This document shows positions 53,132 through 64,000 of a stretch of DNA of 64,000 nt, piece by piece. Where the stretch lies: NCBI GenBank assembly GCA_028534125.1, contig CM052817.1, positions 7,628,001 to 7,692,000 on the forward strand. The letters are read 5' to 3'. The stretch comes from Lama glama. Its lineage: Eukaryota. Numbering within the stretch: position 1 is the stretch's first letter; the number at the start of each line of letters is the position of its first letter. Position numbers and translations under genes: made by a program. The notes under the pieces are model-generated. The model saw only the letters and a program-made list of their open reading frames with translations. It ran no database searches and was not told where the DNA came from.

Positions 53132-54330
53132 TGTTTTAAAGTAGGTGAAATAATTGTCTGAAAGATATCAAATTGTAATCCCTGGAACCTTTAAATGTCA
53201 CCTTATATGGAAAGAGGATCTTGCAAATGTGAGTGAGAATCTTGGCGATGGGGAGATTATCCTGGATTACGTGGGCGGGTTCTAAATGTGATCAAAATGT
53301 CTTTGTAAGGGGGAGATAGAGAGACTGGACACACAGAAGAGGAGAAGGCAATGTGATCAGAAAGGCAGAAATTAAAGTGGCGGAGCCACAAGCCGAAGAA
53401 TGATGGAGCCACCAGGAGATGAACGAGACGAGGAATGGGTTTTCCCCTAGCGCATGTGAAGGAGATGCTGCTCTCCTGGCACCTTGATTTGGGCTCAGTA
53501 ATATGGTTCTCATACTTCTGAGCTCCAAAGCTGTGACAGAATACATTTCTGCTGTTTAAAGTCATCAAGCTTGTGTTAATTTGTTATGGCAGTAGACACA
53601 CACACACACACACACACAAAACAAAAGTAATATGGATTTTGACAATTAAAGGGGGGCATTACTATAAAAAACACCTCAAAATTTAGAATTGGCTTTGGAA
53701 TTGGAAATGGGTAGAAGCTGTAAGAAGCTTAAGATGTATGACAGAAAAAAAAAACCTAGATGGCCTTAAACATATTATTGGTAGAAATATGAAAAGGAAA
53801 GACACTGGTGTTGAAGGCTCAGAAGAAAGAGTGAGGAACATGTTACTGGAAACTGGACAAAGGCACTCCTCATTCCACGGGGCAGAAAGCCTGGTGAATT
53901 GTGTCCTACTGCTGTGTGGAAAGTCGAACTTGTAAGTGATGACCTGACGAACCTGGGTACCTAGCTGAGGAGATTTCCAAGCAACATACTGAAGGTGTGG
54001 CCAGGTTTCTTCTTGCAGCTTATAGTGAAATGCAAGAGAAAAAAAAAACCAGATAAGTTGAGGGGGGAGGTGGTAAGACAAACAAAACAAACAAACAAAA
54101 ACCCCCAAACCCCACAAAAAAACACTAGAATTTGATGATTTGGGGTATTCTCAGCCTATTCACATTACAAAATATGGTAAAGTTAGGAGATTCACCATCA
54201 GAAAAGCATGCTCTGAAGAGAAAGCTTTCAGCAGGGTCATGCACTGCAGAGGGAAGCTACAGTCAAGCAAAGGAGCATCATGGAAAAAGCTCTGAGACTG
54301 AAGGCACCATCAAAAGATTTAACCTTGGAC
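53132..54330 (+). mobile_element. MLT1C/D-like LTR (53132-~53600) followed by MLT1 internal sequence
   Basis: gtaatccctggaacctttaaatgtcaccttatatggaaa..gatggggagattatcctggattac..; after the (CA)n, tggctttggaattggaaatgggtagaagctg resembles the MaLR-int 5' region. Confidence 0.85.
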
Positions 54331-54599
54331 AGAATTTTTTTAAGTTAGGAGATGCATGAGAATTCGTAAATTTGCCGCTGGTCAGGATGGAAAAGTGAAT
54401 GATTTCACATCTGACGATGTGTGTTTTCTTTGTGAAATGAGGGTCGGAGGTGTGGGGAACATTACCCGCTAAAAGCGAAAACATAGATGGCCACGCAGAG
54501 AACTCCAGACGTGAGGTCAAGGTTTGAATTAGCTTCACTGAAACCATGGTGATAATGATGATGACAATGACACAAAGGCCAATAAATGCCAAAAGCTGC

Positions 54600-54990
54600 A
54601 GCTAATAATCTGTCACACACTTGCCACGCACCAGACACAAAATTGAGAATTTTTGGAGTTATTATTACATATAACTATCTCATTAGCCCTAGGAAGTAGA
54701 TGCCATTATTATTTTTAATGTATATTATATTCTATATTATAAATATATATCATAACACATCATATGTAACATCCTGTATAATATGTATAATAAAAATAAA
54801 TATATAGACACGGTAGGTTATATACAATTAATGCTATATAATGTTTATTTTTTAATTTTATTATTATTTTATAGATGAGCAAACAGGCTCAGAGAATTCG
54901 GGTAAGTGACCAAGCACACGTACCTGTAGATGGCAGACCATGGAATCAAATCATGGTCTGTTATTCCAAAGTCAGTTTTCTTAACTGTTA
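54600..54990 (-). mobile_element. MIR with an internal AT-rich low-complexity expansion (~54710-54875)
   Basis: ccctaggaagtagatgccattattatt..[AT-rich]..tttatagatgagcaaacaggctcagaga. Confidence 0.8.
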
Positions 54991-56219
54991 TATTACATCA
55001 CCATCTTAAAATGTTTTCTCAAAAACCCCTCCAGGAAGTCTGCATAAATGTCCATGAGTATTTTTTATCTTCTTCATCAACACCATTTGCTCATGCCCCT
55101 ATTTAAGTGCTCTGCATACCATCACGTGACCTTCCACTGCCAGCTCCGGCAGTCACGTACAAGTCCTCACCTCCCTTGACATTCAGTGCATCTCTTTCTT
55201 CCACGCATCTCTTCACTCCGTGGCCTGCAATGATACCACGCTTCGGGAATCTATCCCTTTTGATAGAGTCATGCATATTGTGTCTTGACAAATCTTAAAG
55301 GTCGCACTGAAAGGAATATTGACCTGGAAGGCTCCAGAGCTGGTCCTCATCCTCACTCTGTCGCTGAGCCACCGAGTGGCCTTGGGCTCTTGCCTCATTT
55401 CCTCTATGCCTCAATTTGCTTCCTTCTAAATAGGGGAGATGATTCAGAGAGTCTAAATCAGCTCCCACAGTCTATAATTCCAAGTTCATAAAAAGGACAT
55501 TGAGAAGGAGAAATCTTGGCGGTCTGCCTCAGGGGAAAAATAATTAAGATATCACTTTGCAAAAGGAGCAAGTGACTTTCAGCAGCGCCGTGCCCATCTC
55601 TGCCTGGAGCTGGCTGCCTCCCCAGTCCTGGGTCCCTTTTGGATGCTACAAATTATCCAAGGACACAGGCTAATTGACACGGTGGAGAGGAGAGGGACAC
55701 GAACAGTCCCAGGCTTGGAAAGGAGACCTCTGCGGGGAGGTTAAGAGGGCTGGGGCGGCTAGGCTCGAAGACGGGCCGCTGAGGGGAGCCGTCATTCTGC
55801 CGACACAGTCATAAAAAGATACCGTGAGGGGGCAGGGATCAATCTCCTTACTAATCAACAAGGGCAGAATGAGAATTAACAAGCTGTAAGCTGCGAGGAG
55901 CAATATTAAAGCTAAATATCAGGGAAAATGTGAGCCCACTGGGAGCACTTAGGCAATGGAACAGGCTGCTAAGAGAAGCCATGAAGTCACTCTAACTAGG
56001 GACATTCAAGGCAGAGAGCAGATACACATGTGTCACAGGGGAAGACATTCCAGGGCGAAAGTGAGGAGCTGGACTCTAACAAACCTCAAGGACCTCAGTG
56101 TAACCGGATCTCACCTGCAATACCGCAGGCCGGGGCTGGGTGTGAAGGCGGGGAGGGGCGTGGGCTGGAGACAGACACAATCAGGATGCCGTCATCGTTA
56201 AGGCAGTCATGACTGGAGT

Positions 56220-56430
56220 TTTCATGAACTGGGTTCAAACCATAACTCTGCCTGCTTACCTACTAACTTACACAGTTTGCTTCTGAGATTCGGTTTTCTA
56301 GGCTATAAAATGGGGACCATGACGACCCTTCTGTAAAGGCCTTGTAAAGATTAAATAAAGCTACACCCGGGAATCCCTTAGCGTAGCATCTAGAACATGG
56401 AAGTTCTAAGCAAATGACATTTATCATGAA
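56220..56430 (+). mobile_element. MIR SINE
   Basis: ctgggttcaaacc..ctataaaatgggga..ttgtaaagattaaataaag. Confidence 0.7.
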
Positions 56431-56734
56431 AGCAAGAGCTCCCTGGGACCGGATGTAAAGCAGAGGGAAGATCCCAGGCCCTAACTGACAGCAGTGGCTG
56501 GTCCTTGACCTTGAGGAAGATGGGAGCTGAGCGTCCAGAACTGGTGGTACCTAACCCCTGACTGCATCTCCTGTGCAGCAGGCGTCGTATTGGGAGGAAG
56601 CCGTTTTGAGATTTGATGGAGCCACATGTGGGAAAGCAGAATACTCTTCTGAACCGCTCATGAGTTAGGGAGTAGCGGGGGCCAGCACCTGGGGGGGGGG
56701 ATTTGGTAGCACCCACAGGATAGGGACTGCTGCC

Positions 56735-57203
56735 CGCAGCAGACGCTGCTGGTCCCCCACAGCACACCCCTCAGCCCACCGCTGGCTTCACCCACCGGAC
56801 AACTAGCTCCCACCCCTAATGCCAATCTTGCCACTTTCCACCTTAGAAAAGGGCCTTTGCTGAAGCTTTGGTATCAGTGAACCTGTGTAAAAGTGCAGCC
56901 CAGAAAAGCAGATTTGTTAAAACTGCAGAGGCAACCCTCAAACAACACAGGATAAAAGCTAATAAGCAAGCCACCCCAGCCTCCTGCCCTTTGGGTAGAC
57001 GTCTGGGAGGTATTGTGTCTTCAGAGGTCCCACAGCACCAAGCCCCGCCGCCTGCAGCAGAAACGCCCCTCCTGTTGGCTTTTCTTCCTGCTCTCAGTCT
57101 CCCGACATTCCCTTCCCTGCTCCCTGGGATTATTTCCAAATAAACTACCTACACTCACATCCCTGGATCAGGCTCTGCTTTCAGGAGACCCGAAACAAAG
57201 GCA
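56735..57203 (+). mobile_element. ERVL LTR (LTR16-like)
   Basis: cgcagcagacgctgctggtccc..ccaaataaactacctacactcacatccctggatcaggctctgctttcaggagacccgaaacaaaggca. Confidence 0.85.
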
Positions 57204-57889
57204 GTGTCTGACAGGGACGAAAATCCAAAGGCCAGAAATTAGAGGAAGCCTCCAACAGGGAAGCTTTCGTAGTAAGACTTTCCGTGAGGGATACTCTAGA
57301 AGAGGCATGTGCCTTCATTCTTCAGTTTTGGGCAAATGTTGCCACCTATTTGGAATTTTTTAAATTAGGCATTGTCCCCTCTGATAGGCTTCCACCCTCC
57401 TTATGGGGGCGAAGGCAAAAATGTAACGCTTCTGAATGCCTTCTTCCCTCCTTCTGTATTTGCCACATCTCTCATGATCCACATTCAATCTCGGCCCTTT
57501 AATCAATGCTTTTCCAGTTCAGTCCACTGGGGCATCTGCCTTCAGAGACTGACAGATTATTTTGAACTCCGAATGAGTGCTCATGGAATTCCCCTCTGCT
57601 GTATGTATGTATTTGCATTAACTTCCCAAGGAATAAGACTAGAGAAGGCAGGCACACCTAGGGGGCCGCAGCTTTCATTTCAATGGCCAGACGCATGCGT
57701 TCTGGCTGACACTTCCTCTGAAGGAGGCAGGAAGCTTAGTATTTCCTTCCTCTAGGATGGGTACGACCAGGCGAAAAGGAGTAAATAATGAGCACTTAGT
57801 CAGCTAGTGGAAAAGACCTATAATTTTTCTTATCAGAAGAAAATTTCAATCCCAGGATTTGGCAAAGATCTTAGCTAATCTTAGAGCAT

Positions 57890-59660
57890 CTCCCAAGGAC
57901 ACAGGGGTCTGTTTGAACTCTCTCCAGGGACAGAGGCACTGGTGGCTGCCATTTTTGCACTCTCATTCCACCTAGCCAGAGCCGGTGCTGGCAGGCACCA
58001 TTTCTGCCTTCCCTCTGCCTTGCTAGTGCCAGGGGGCTTGCCCCGCCCCCATGCTCTTCCATGGCCCCCGACAGCCAGCGTGCTTGTCCTGGTCCTGGGC
58101 CCCACTGCAGTCCTGCTGAAGTTGGTGAGTTTGCCACCCGCCCCTCCACATGCCTTCCCATGGCCCCACTGCAGTCAGTGGGTTTGCCCTGTGCGCACAT
58201 TCTCACGTGGGTCTCCCCTTGTGGCCAGCCACCACGTGGTCCTGCTACAGCCAGAGGGCTCCCCTCTTCCCAAGGCTCCTTGGTGGCCCTGCTGAAGCCA
58301 GTGGGGCCACCTTGTCACCAGGCTTCCTTGCAACGCCACTAAAACCAGCAGTTAGTTACGTGCAGTCTACACAGGGGGTGCCCCTCGAGTTCTGGCTCTG
58401 GTGGCCATGGGAGCCTGTGTTTCTGGGTCTGAAAAGACTGAAACAGGCAGAGGCAGTTCAGAGGCTACCACCCCCAGGACATGACAGGACAGCAGACTGA
58501 AACACACCCCATTCTTCTTACGAAAAGGGCCTATTTACTCATCCTTGAGCCTCAGCCTGAGGGGCAGGTTTCAGATTTACCATACATCTAGAAGCCACGA
58601 AGAAGCTCTCAAGGAAAGTAGGTCAAGTTTGCACTCACTTCGGCCCCACTGCAGCCCACCAATACCTCCCAAGAAAGAAGCTTATACACTTGTCTGGAGC
58701 CCTGATTTTTGCAACTGTTGCCAAGAAGACAACTCCACACCGCCTGGCCTGGAGGCCAGAAGGCGTTATGATGGCAGCCCCCCGGGATGTATATATTTAC
58801 ATACTTTAACAGCTGCTGCCTGACTGTCTGGCTTTCAATCAGCCTGAAACTAGGTGCTGACTGAGGTCTTTCCCTTTGGAACCCTGAAAGCTCTTGGCAC
58901 AATGGTGACAATCTGGACCTATCAAGAATAAATCAGGCTGCTTCGATAATCACAAAAGTTTGAGAGACAACCAAGAGCAAGGGCAAGGTTGAAAAATAAG
59001 TTTCATCCCCAATACAAGGCCACTCTTTCAAGACTGGGAAAGGTAGCTGTTTCACCTAATACACAGAAACAAACCAGAGACAAGCTAAATGAGGAAACAG
59101 AAGAATATGTTCCAGATGAAAGAACAAGATTAAAACCCCAGGGGCAGCTTGTAGGGGAGTTTTAGTGATGTGGAGGTAAGTAATTTACCTGATACAGACT
59201 CCAAAATAATGGTCATAATGATGTTCTCTCAACTCAGGAGGAGGATGGATGAACACTGTGAGAATTTCAACCAAAAAAGAAAAAAAAAAAAAGGAAGAAA
59301 GCATTAAGCAGGAGTCACAGAGCTGAAGAATACAATAACTAAACTTAACAACTATCTAGACGGGTTCAGCATCAGACTAGATGAAGCAGAACAGATCAGT
59401 GACCTGGAAGTCAGGGTAATGGAGTTCACCCAGACAGAACAGCAACAAATTAAATAAATCCATAAATCCATAAATAAATACAAATTAAAAGTAAAAAAAA
59501 ATTAAGAAAAAATAATTTTAAAAAAGAGATAGATTAAGGGGCCTATGGGGACAACATTAAGAATACTAATATTTGCATTATAGGGGTCCCAGACTGTTAT
59601 GTTGTACAAAACTAATATAATGTTAGATACCAATTTTATCTCAGTTTAAAAAGAAAAAAC
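57890..59660 (+). mobile_element. L1M 5'UTR + ORF1 N-terminal half joined to an L1 3' terminus
   Basis: GC-rich L1M-like 5'UTR; ORF1 start atgaggaaacagaagaatatgttccagatgaaagaacaag at ~59089; aatatttgcattataggggtcccaga (NICIIGVP) immediately followed by tgttgtacaaaactaatataatgtt..tctcagtttaaaaagaaaaaa. Confidence 0.8.
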
Positions 59661-59664
59661 ATTC

Positions 59665-60010
59665 TCTTGGTTATATGGTGGGAGAACCATAGGAGAGTGG
59701 TAGGAGGGAGACTGGTTACCAGGATCTGCAGTTGGCTGGATGAGAGAGAATGGTGGCTTGCTCTGGAGTTGGAGTTTCAGAGATACTAAGGAGTGATCAA
59801 ATTCAAAGCACATTTTAGAGCTACTGCATGCTGTTAAATTGGACATAAAATATAAGGATAATAGAAAAGAATGACAGTTTATTTTTTCAGCTGAACTAAC
59901 TGGAAACATGTAGGTTTTATACATTGAGGCGGAGAAGACTGAAGGATGGATTAGTCAGGAAGAGGAGTCTTTTGTTCATGTTAAGTTTGAGTTGTCTGTT
60001 AGCCAGTGAA
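59665..60010 (-). mobile_element. L2 LINE fragment
   Basis: gagagagaatggtggcttg..ttttgttcatgttaagtttgagttgtctgttag. Confidence 0.75.
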
Positions 60011-60867
60011 GTATAGTATTCAGAGGAAAGTCTAAAGCCCGTGGAGAAGCATGGGTTTCCTGTATGAGAAATTCCATGTTGCCTTCACCCCAAAAATCTG
60101 ATTTTTAAGTGCTCTTCATTGGGCTCTTTGGGAACTTCCAGCATACCTCTTATCCAACACTGCCAAGGTTTCCTTTACCTGCCTTTCTCACCTGTCTATA
60201 AACTTATTGAGTTCAGTGACTACATTTTATTTATCTTCCCATTTCCATCACAAGATGCAGCATAGGATAATGGTGTCAGACATATCTTTAGGTGGTGAAA
60301 AATATTTTATTTAAAAATAAATGAGCATCCTTGTCAAGTGGGAAGAGCATAAGTGACTATAACCATCATCATCTATATTCTACAGGTGTTGAACATGAAG
60401 TGTTAGGGACGCAGAGCTTGTCTTCTATGTTAACATCTTATTCTTGCCACTATATCTTGCAGAACCAGGTCTATAATAAACATAAAGTTGACTAAATTAA
60501 CTTGTTTCCATGGAGTCTAAGAAGAAATATCTCATATATTTAATAGATTTTTCAGATGTGTCAGATAGAGCAACAGAATGCCCATCTCTTATTGTCAAAG
60601 CCAACTGGTTACAGATGTTATTTGATATTTTATTAATATTTAATTATATTGAACTATTAAGAAAAATATGTCATTACTGGGAAATATTATTAATGATAGC
60701 CCATATGTATTTCCATTTCAATGACCATTTTTACTCTCTTACTGTTTTAGAGTAAAAGGGCCAGTCAGTTGGACAAAGCCTTTGTGCATTGTTTTAAAAA
60801 GAAGCTGGACTTTGAGCCACAAAATTTTATATACATTTCCCTGTAATTTTTCTAAAATAGAAAGTAA

Positions 60868-61782
60868 TACACTACCTCACACCATACACAAAAATAAACT
60901 CAAAATGGATCAAAGACTTAAACATAAGACAAGATACAATAAACCTCCTAGAAGAAAATAAAGGCAAAACATTATCTGACATCCATCTCAAAACCGTTCT
61001 CCTAGAACAGTCTACTCAAGCAATAGAAATAAAAGCAAGAATAAACAAATGGGACCTAATGAAACTTACAAGCTTCTGCACAGCAAAGGAAACCAGAAGT
61101 AAAACAAGAAGACAACCTATGGAATGGGAGAAAATTTTTGCAAATGAAACCAACAAAGGCTTGATCTCCAGAATATATAAGCAGCTCATACAACTTAATA
61201 AGAAACAACCAAACAACCCAATTCAAAAATCGGTAAAAGACCTAAAAAAGCANNNNNNNNNNNNNNNNNNNNNNNNNNNNNNNNNNNNNNNNNNNNNNNN
61301 NNNNNNNNNNNNNNNNNNNNNNNNNNNNNNNNNNNNNNNNNNNNNNNNNNNNNNNNNNNNNNNNNNNNNNNNNNNNNNNNNNNNNNNNNNNNNNNNNNNN
61401 NNNNNNNNNNNNNNNNNNNNNNNNNNNNNNNNNNNNNNNNNNNNNNNNNNNNNNNNNNNNNNNNNNNNNNNNNNNNNNNNNNNNNNNNNNNNNNNNNNNN
61501 NNNNNNNNNNNNNNNNNNNNNNNNNNNNNNNNNNNNNNNNNNNNNNNNNNNNNNNNNNNNNNNNNNNNNNNNNNNNNNNNNNNNNNNNNNNNNNNNNNNN
61601 NNNNNNNNNNNNNNNNNNNNNNNNNNNNNNNNNNNNNNNNNNNNNNNNNNNNNNNNNNNNNNNNNNNNNNNNNNNNNNNNNNNNNNNNNNNNNNNNNNNN
61701 NNNNNNNNNNNNNNNNNNNNNNNNNNNNNNNNNNNNNNNNNNNNNNNNNNNNAAAAAGAAGATACATGAATGGCAAAAAAAA
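60868..61782 (+). mobile_element. Young LINE-1 ORF2 fragment spanning the gap, truncated at both ends, with TSD
   Basis: ORF 61059.. KLTSFCTAKET..RQPMEWEKIFAN..KGLISRIYKQL is L1 ORF2. agaaagtaa occurs at 60859-60867 and 61783-61791. Confidence 0.92.
61253..61752. other. Assembly gap (500 N)
   Basis: Run of exactly 500 N. Confidence 1.
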
Positions 61783-63299
61783 AGAAAGTAAAAATCTTAT
61801 GTGGAAAATCTTGTGAGCTACATTATTCAATTCAAGCAAACTTCAGTCAACTTGGAGTAATACGTTCGGATAGTAAAGGTTTTCAACATATAAATTAGAT
61901 GTTTATTTTGCTTTCATTTTTTTTCAATTCATACGTTCTCTGAAAAATTTGCTAATAATGAATGTGTGTATGATTATGACCAGTAAATTATGTTATTTGC
62001 TTACGATTTTTGAAGTTGTAACTTTACAGTAACATTAGTCTGCAGTCTGTTCCAGTTACACTTACTTGCACTGATTAATTAACCTTGGAGAAAATTTGAC
62101 ACCACCACTGGGAATAATTTTTTTGTTATTTTTCTTACCATGCTTTTTTTTTTGGTATTTAACTAAGTAGTTATATCTCCTGAGGCCATATAATTTAATA
62201 CTCAGTGATTTCAGATAGATTTAATTAGAAATTATCAGGCCATGGTGTTTAGCAATACCTACTATAATAGCCTGCATTTTTTAAAGATTATTTTTCCTCT
62301 AAATAAATAAAGCGAGTTCCATGAAGGAAAAGTACTCTCGTGCCCCATACCTAGAACGATGCCTGCCACATAGCACATGCGCAATAAATTTGTTTTGAAT
62401 GAATGAGCGGCTCATTTAGTTAAAAATTATCTTTACAGTTGGGATGATCTTGTTTCTCTTGAAAGCAGCATCACTACAGTCGATCACTGCAGTGAGATCA
62501 TAGCAGCCAGTTAAATCTGTATAGCACTTTAGGATTGCAATGTAATCTTTAGTTCTCAAAATGCTTTCATTCATTTGAGACTCACAGAAACCTCGTGTAG
62601 GAAAAAGAGTATTCATTCCTTAATTGTACAGTGAAGCCAAGCAAGACTCCAACAAAATGAGGGACTCGGACTCAGCACATGTCTGAGCTCAAACCCATGT
62701 ACTTTTGACTGCCCCATCCTTAGCGACTAGAGGACGTCATGACATTAGCGTCTAAGAGGAGTCCATGATCTCCTACATGGGATGAACACATCCTGCTGTG
62801 TCTGGGTGGTGTCTCGTGGAGGGCAGAGTGTCCACCATCTGAAAGAGGTAAAGTGCTAGCAGGATGCTGAGGGAGGAACCAAGCTGGGGAGAGGGGAGGA
62901 AGGGAGTTCCAGCACAGAACTGCGACCTGTACTCCCTCTTCCGGCCCTCTCCATCTTCTCACCCCTCTTTTCTCTCTTAGCAGCTCTTATCATTACCTGA
63001 TATTACAGCATATACTCATGTACTTCTTGACCACCTCGCCCACTAGGATGCAAAAAGCAGGGACTCCATTGAACTTACTCACCACTGCCTCCCCAACCTT
63101 TAGAAGACACTGTGGCACATTCTGGCACGTACTACGTATCTGTGGGATGAATGAAAGCTGAAGGAACCCCATGTGCAGATGCAGGGTACATGACTCAGCC
63201 ATAGTCCATTTGGAAAACTGTGAGTCATTCTGTCTCCTTAGTGAGTTGAGCTTTATGAGATGCGGTTACTGGACAACTTTTGCCTGACTTACATGGAGA

Positions 63300-63570
63300 C
63301 TTTGTATAGTACATGGAGAGGAAATTAGGGAGGCAAGATCTCTTAAGATTAGAAACAAAGGAATTGACCAAGTTTGGGCTGAATTACTTAGCATGTGAAG
63401 GCACTCAGATAGATCTTACAAAAAAATTGGTAGTCATAGATGGGTTTTGAGCAAGGGACTGACCTGACCAGATAAACCCCTTTGGTGATCTGTAGTAAGT
63501 GGATTCAAAGGGAGAAGAAAGGAAGCGAGAAGACAGCATAGATGTCACTGTGTCCCCAGGGAAGACTTGG
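63300..63570 (-). mobile_element. L2 LINE fragment
   Basis: gatgggttttgagcaagggactgacctgaccagat.. Confidence 0.55.
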
Positions 63571-64000
63571 TAAGTGCCAGAACCTGCCGGTTGGTAGGAG
63601 CCCCGACATCCCCACGCAGGCTTGCCTTTCTCTGCAGCCTCTCTCTGAATTCCTTCTGCATGACTGGATCTATCTGGTCTCCTGGATACACAGCAGCATT
63701 CCATTGTTTTCCTTCTCCCCAAGCATGGAAGGACTCAAAATATATTCCTTTTCTCACAGGTTAGACAGATTGGATTTGCCTGAAAATTGAGGAGACATGG
63801 AAATGGAAGGAAATAGACAAAAACACATGAGTGCTAGTTTCTGATGTAACTGAAGCCAGTTCACCCATCACAAGCTCTCTGACATCCCACCTCCCTAACC
63901 CTTTGAATTCTCAGGCCCTTCCCCATCCTCTTCCTTCATTAATTTGCTTTGCCAAAGCTTTTCTTTTTTTCCAATCAGTATTTTTTCCATACAAAACTGG

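Noticed and set aside
57585..57594. Perfect NF-kB site GGGGAATTCC (minus strand); also a GAS TTCCAGGAA at 36899
   Set aside because: Isolated motifs are expected by chance in 64 kb.
57871..58911. Multiple 90-117 aa ORFs
   Set aside because: They lie within the GC-rich L1 5'UTR.
61059..61839. ORFs of 214-236 aa
   Set aside because: Mostly the N gap; the real part is an L1 ORF2 remnant.
1..64000. A novel multi-gene system (CRISPR, defence locus, intact ERV or horizontally acquired DNA)
   Set aside because: No long ORFs outside gaps, no repeat-spacer arrays, no gag/pol/env or transposase ORFs; the composition is ordinary mammalian non-coding DNA.

Overview
Mammalian genomic DNA, most likely camelid (alpaca, llama or camel). 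The call rests on a tRNA-derived SINE of the camelid vic-1 type and on cetartiodactyl-style L1 3' ends. The window is repeat-dominated intergenic or intronic sequence with two 500-N assembly gaps. I find no supportable host protein-coding gene, RNA gene or CRISPR/prokaryotic system, and the recognisable ORFs are LINE-1 ORF2 remnants. Content: young 5'-truncated L1s, a long ancient L1M, a near full-length HAL1, an internally deleted L1, ERV1 solo LTRs (two MER41-like), many MaLR (MLT1) and ERVL (LTR16-like) LTRs, hAT MITEs, MIR/L2/L3 remnants and microsatellites. Two small CpG-rich candidate regulatory elements lie at ~2.4-2.9 kb and ~45.0-45.5 kb. The most interesting observations are: MER41-like LTRs with altered STAT sites, clustering of three L1 breakpoints in one ~40-nt stretch of ORF2, a doubly truncated L1 whose 500-N gap is probably only a few bases, an ORF1-to-3'-end fused L1, and an orphan CpG island. 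I do not see evidence for a genuinely new biological system. Repeat subfamily names come from my recollection of consensus sequences and need RepeatMasker/Dfam confirmation.
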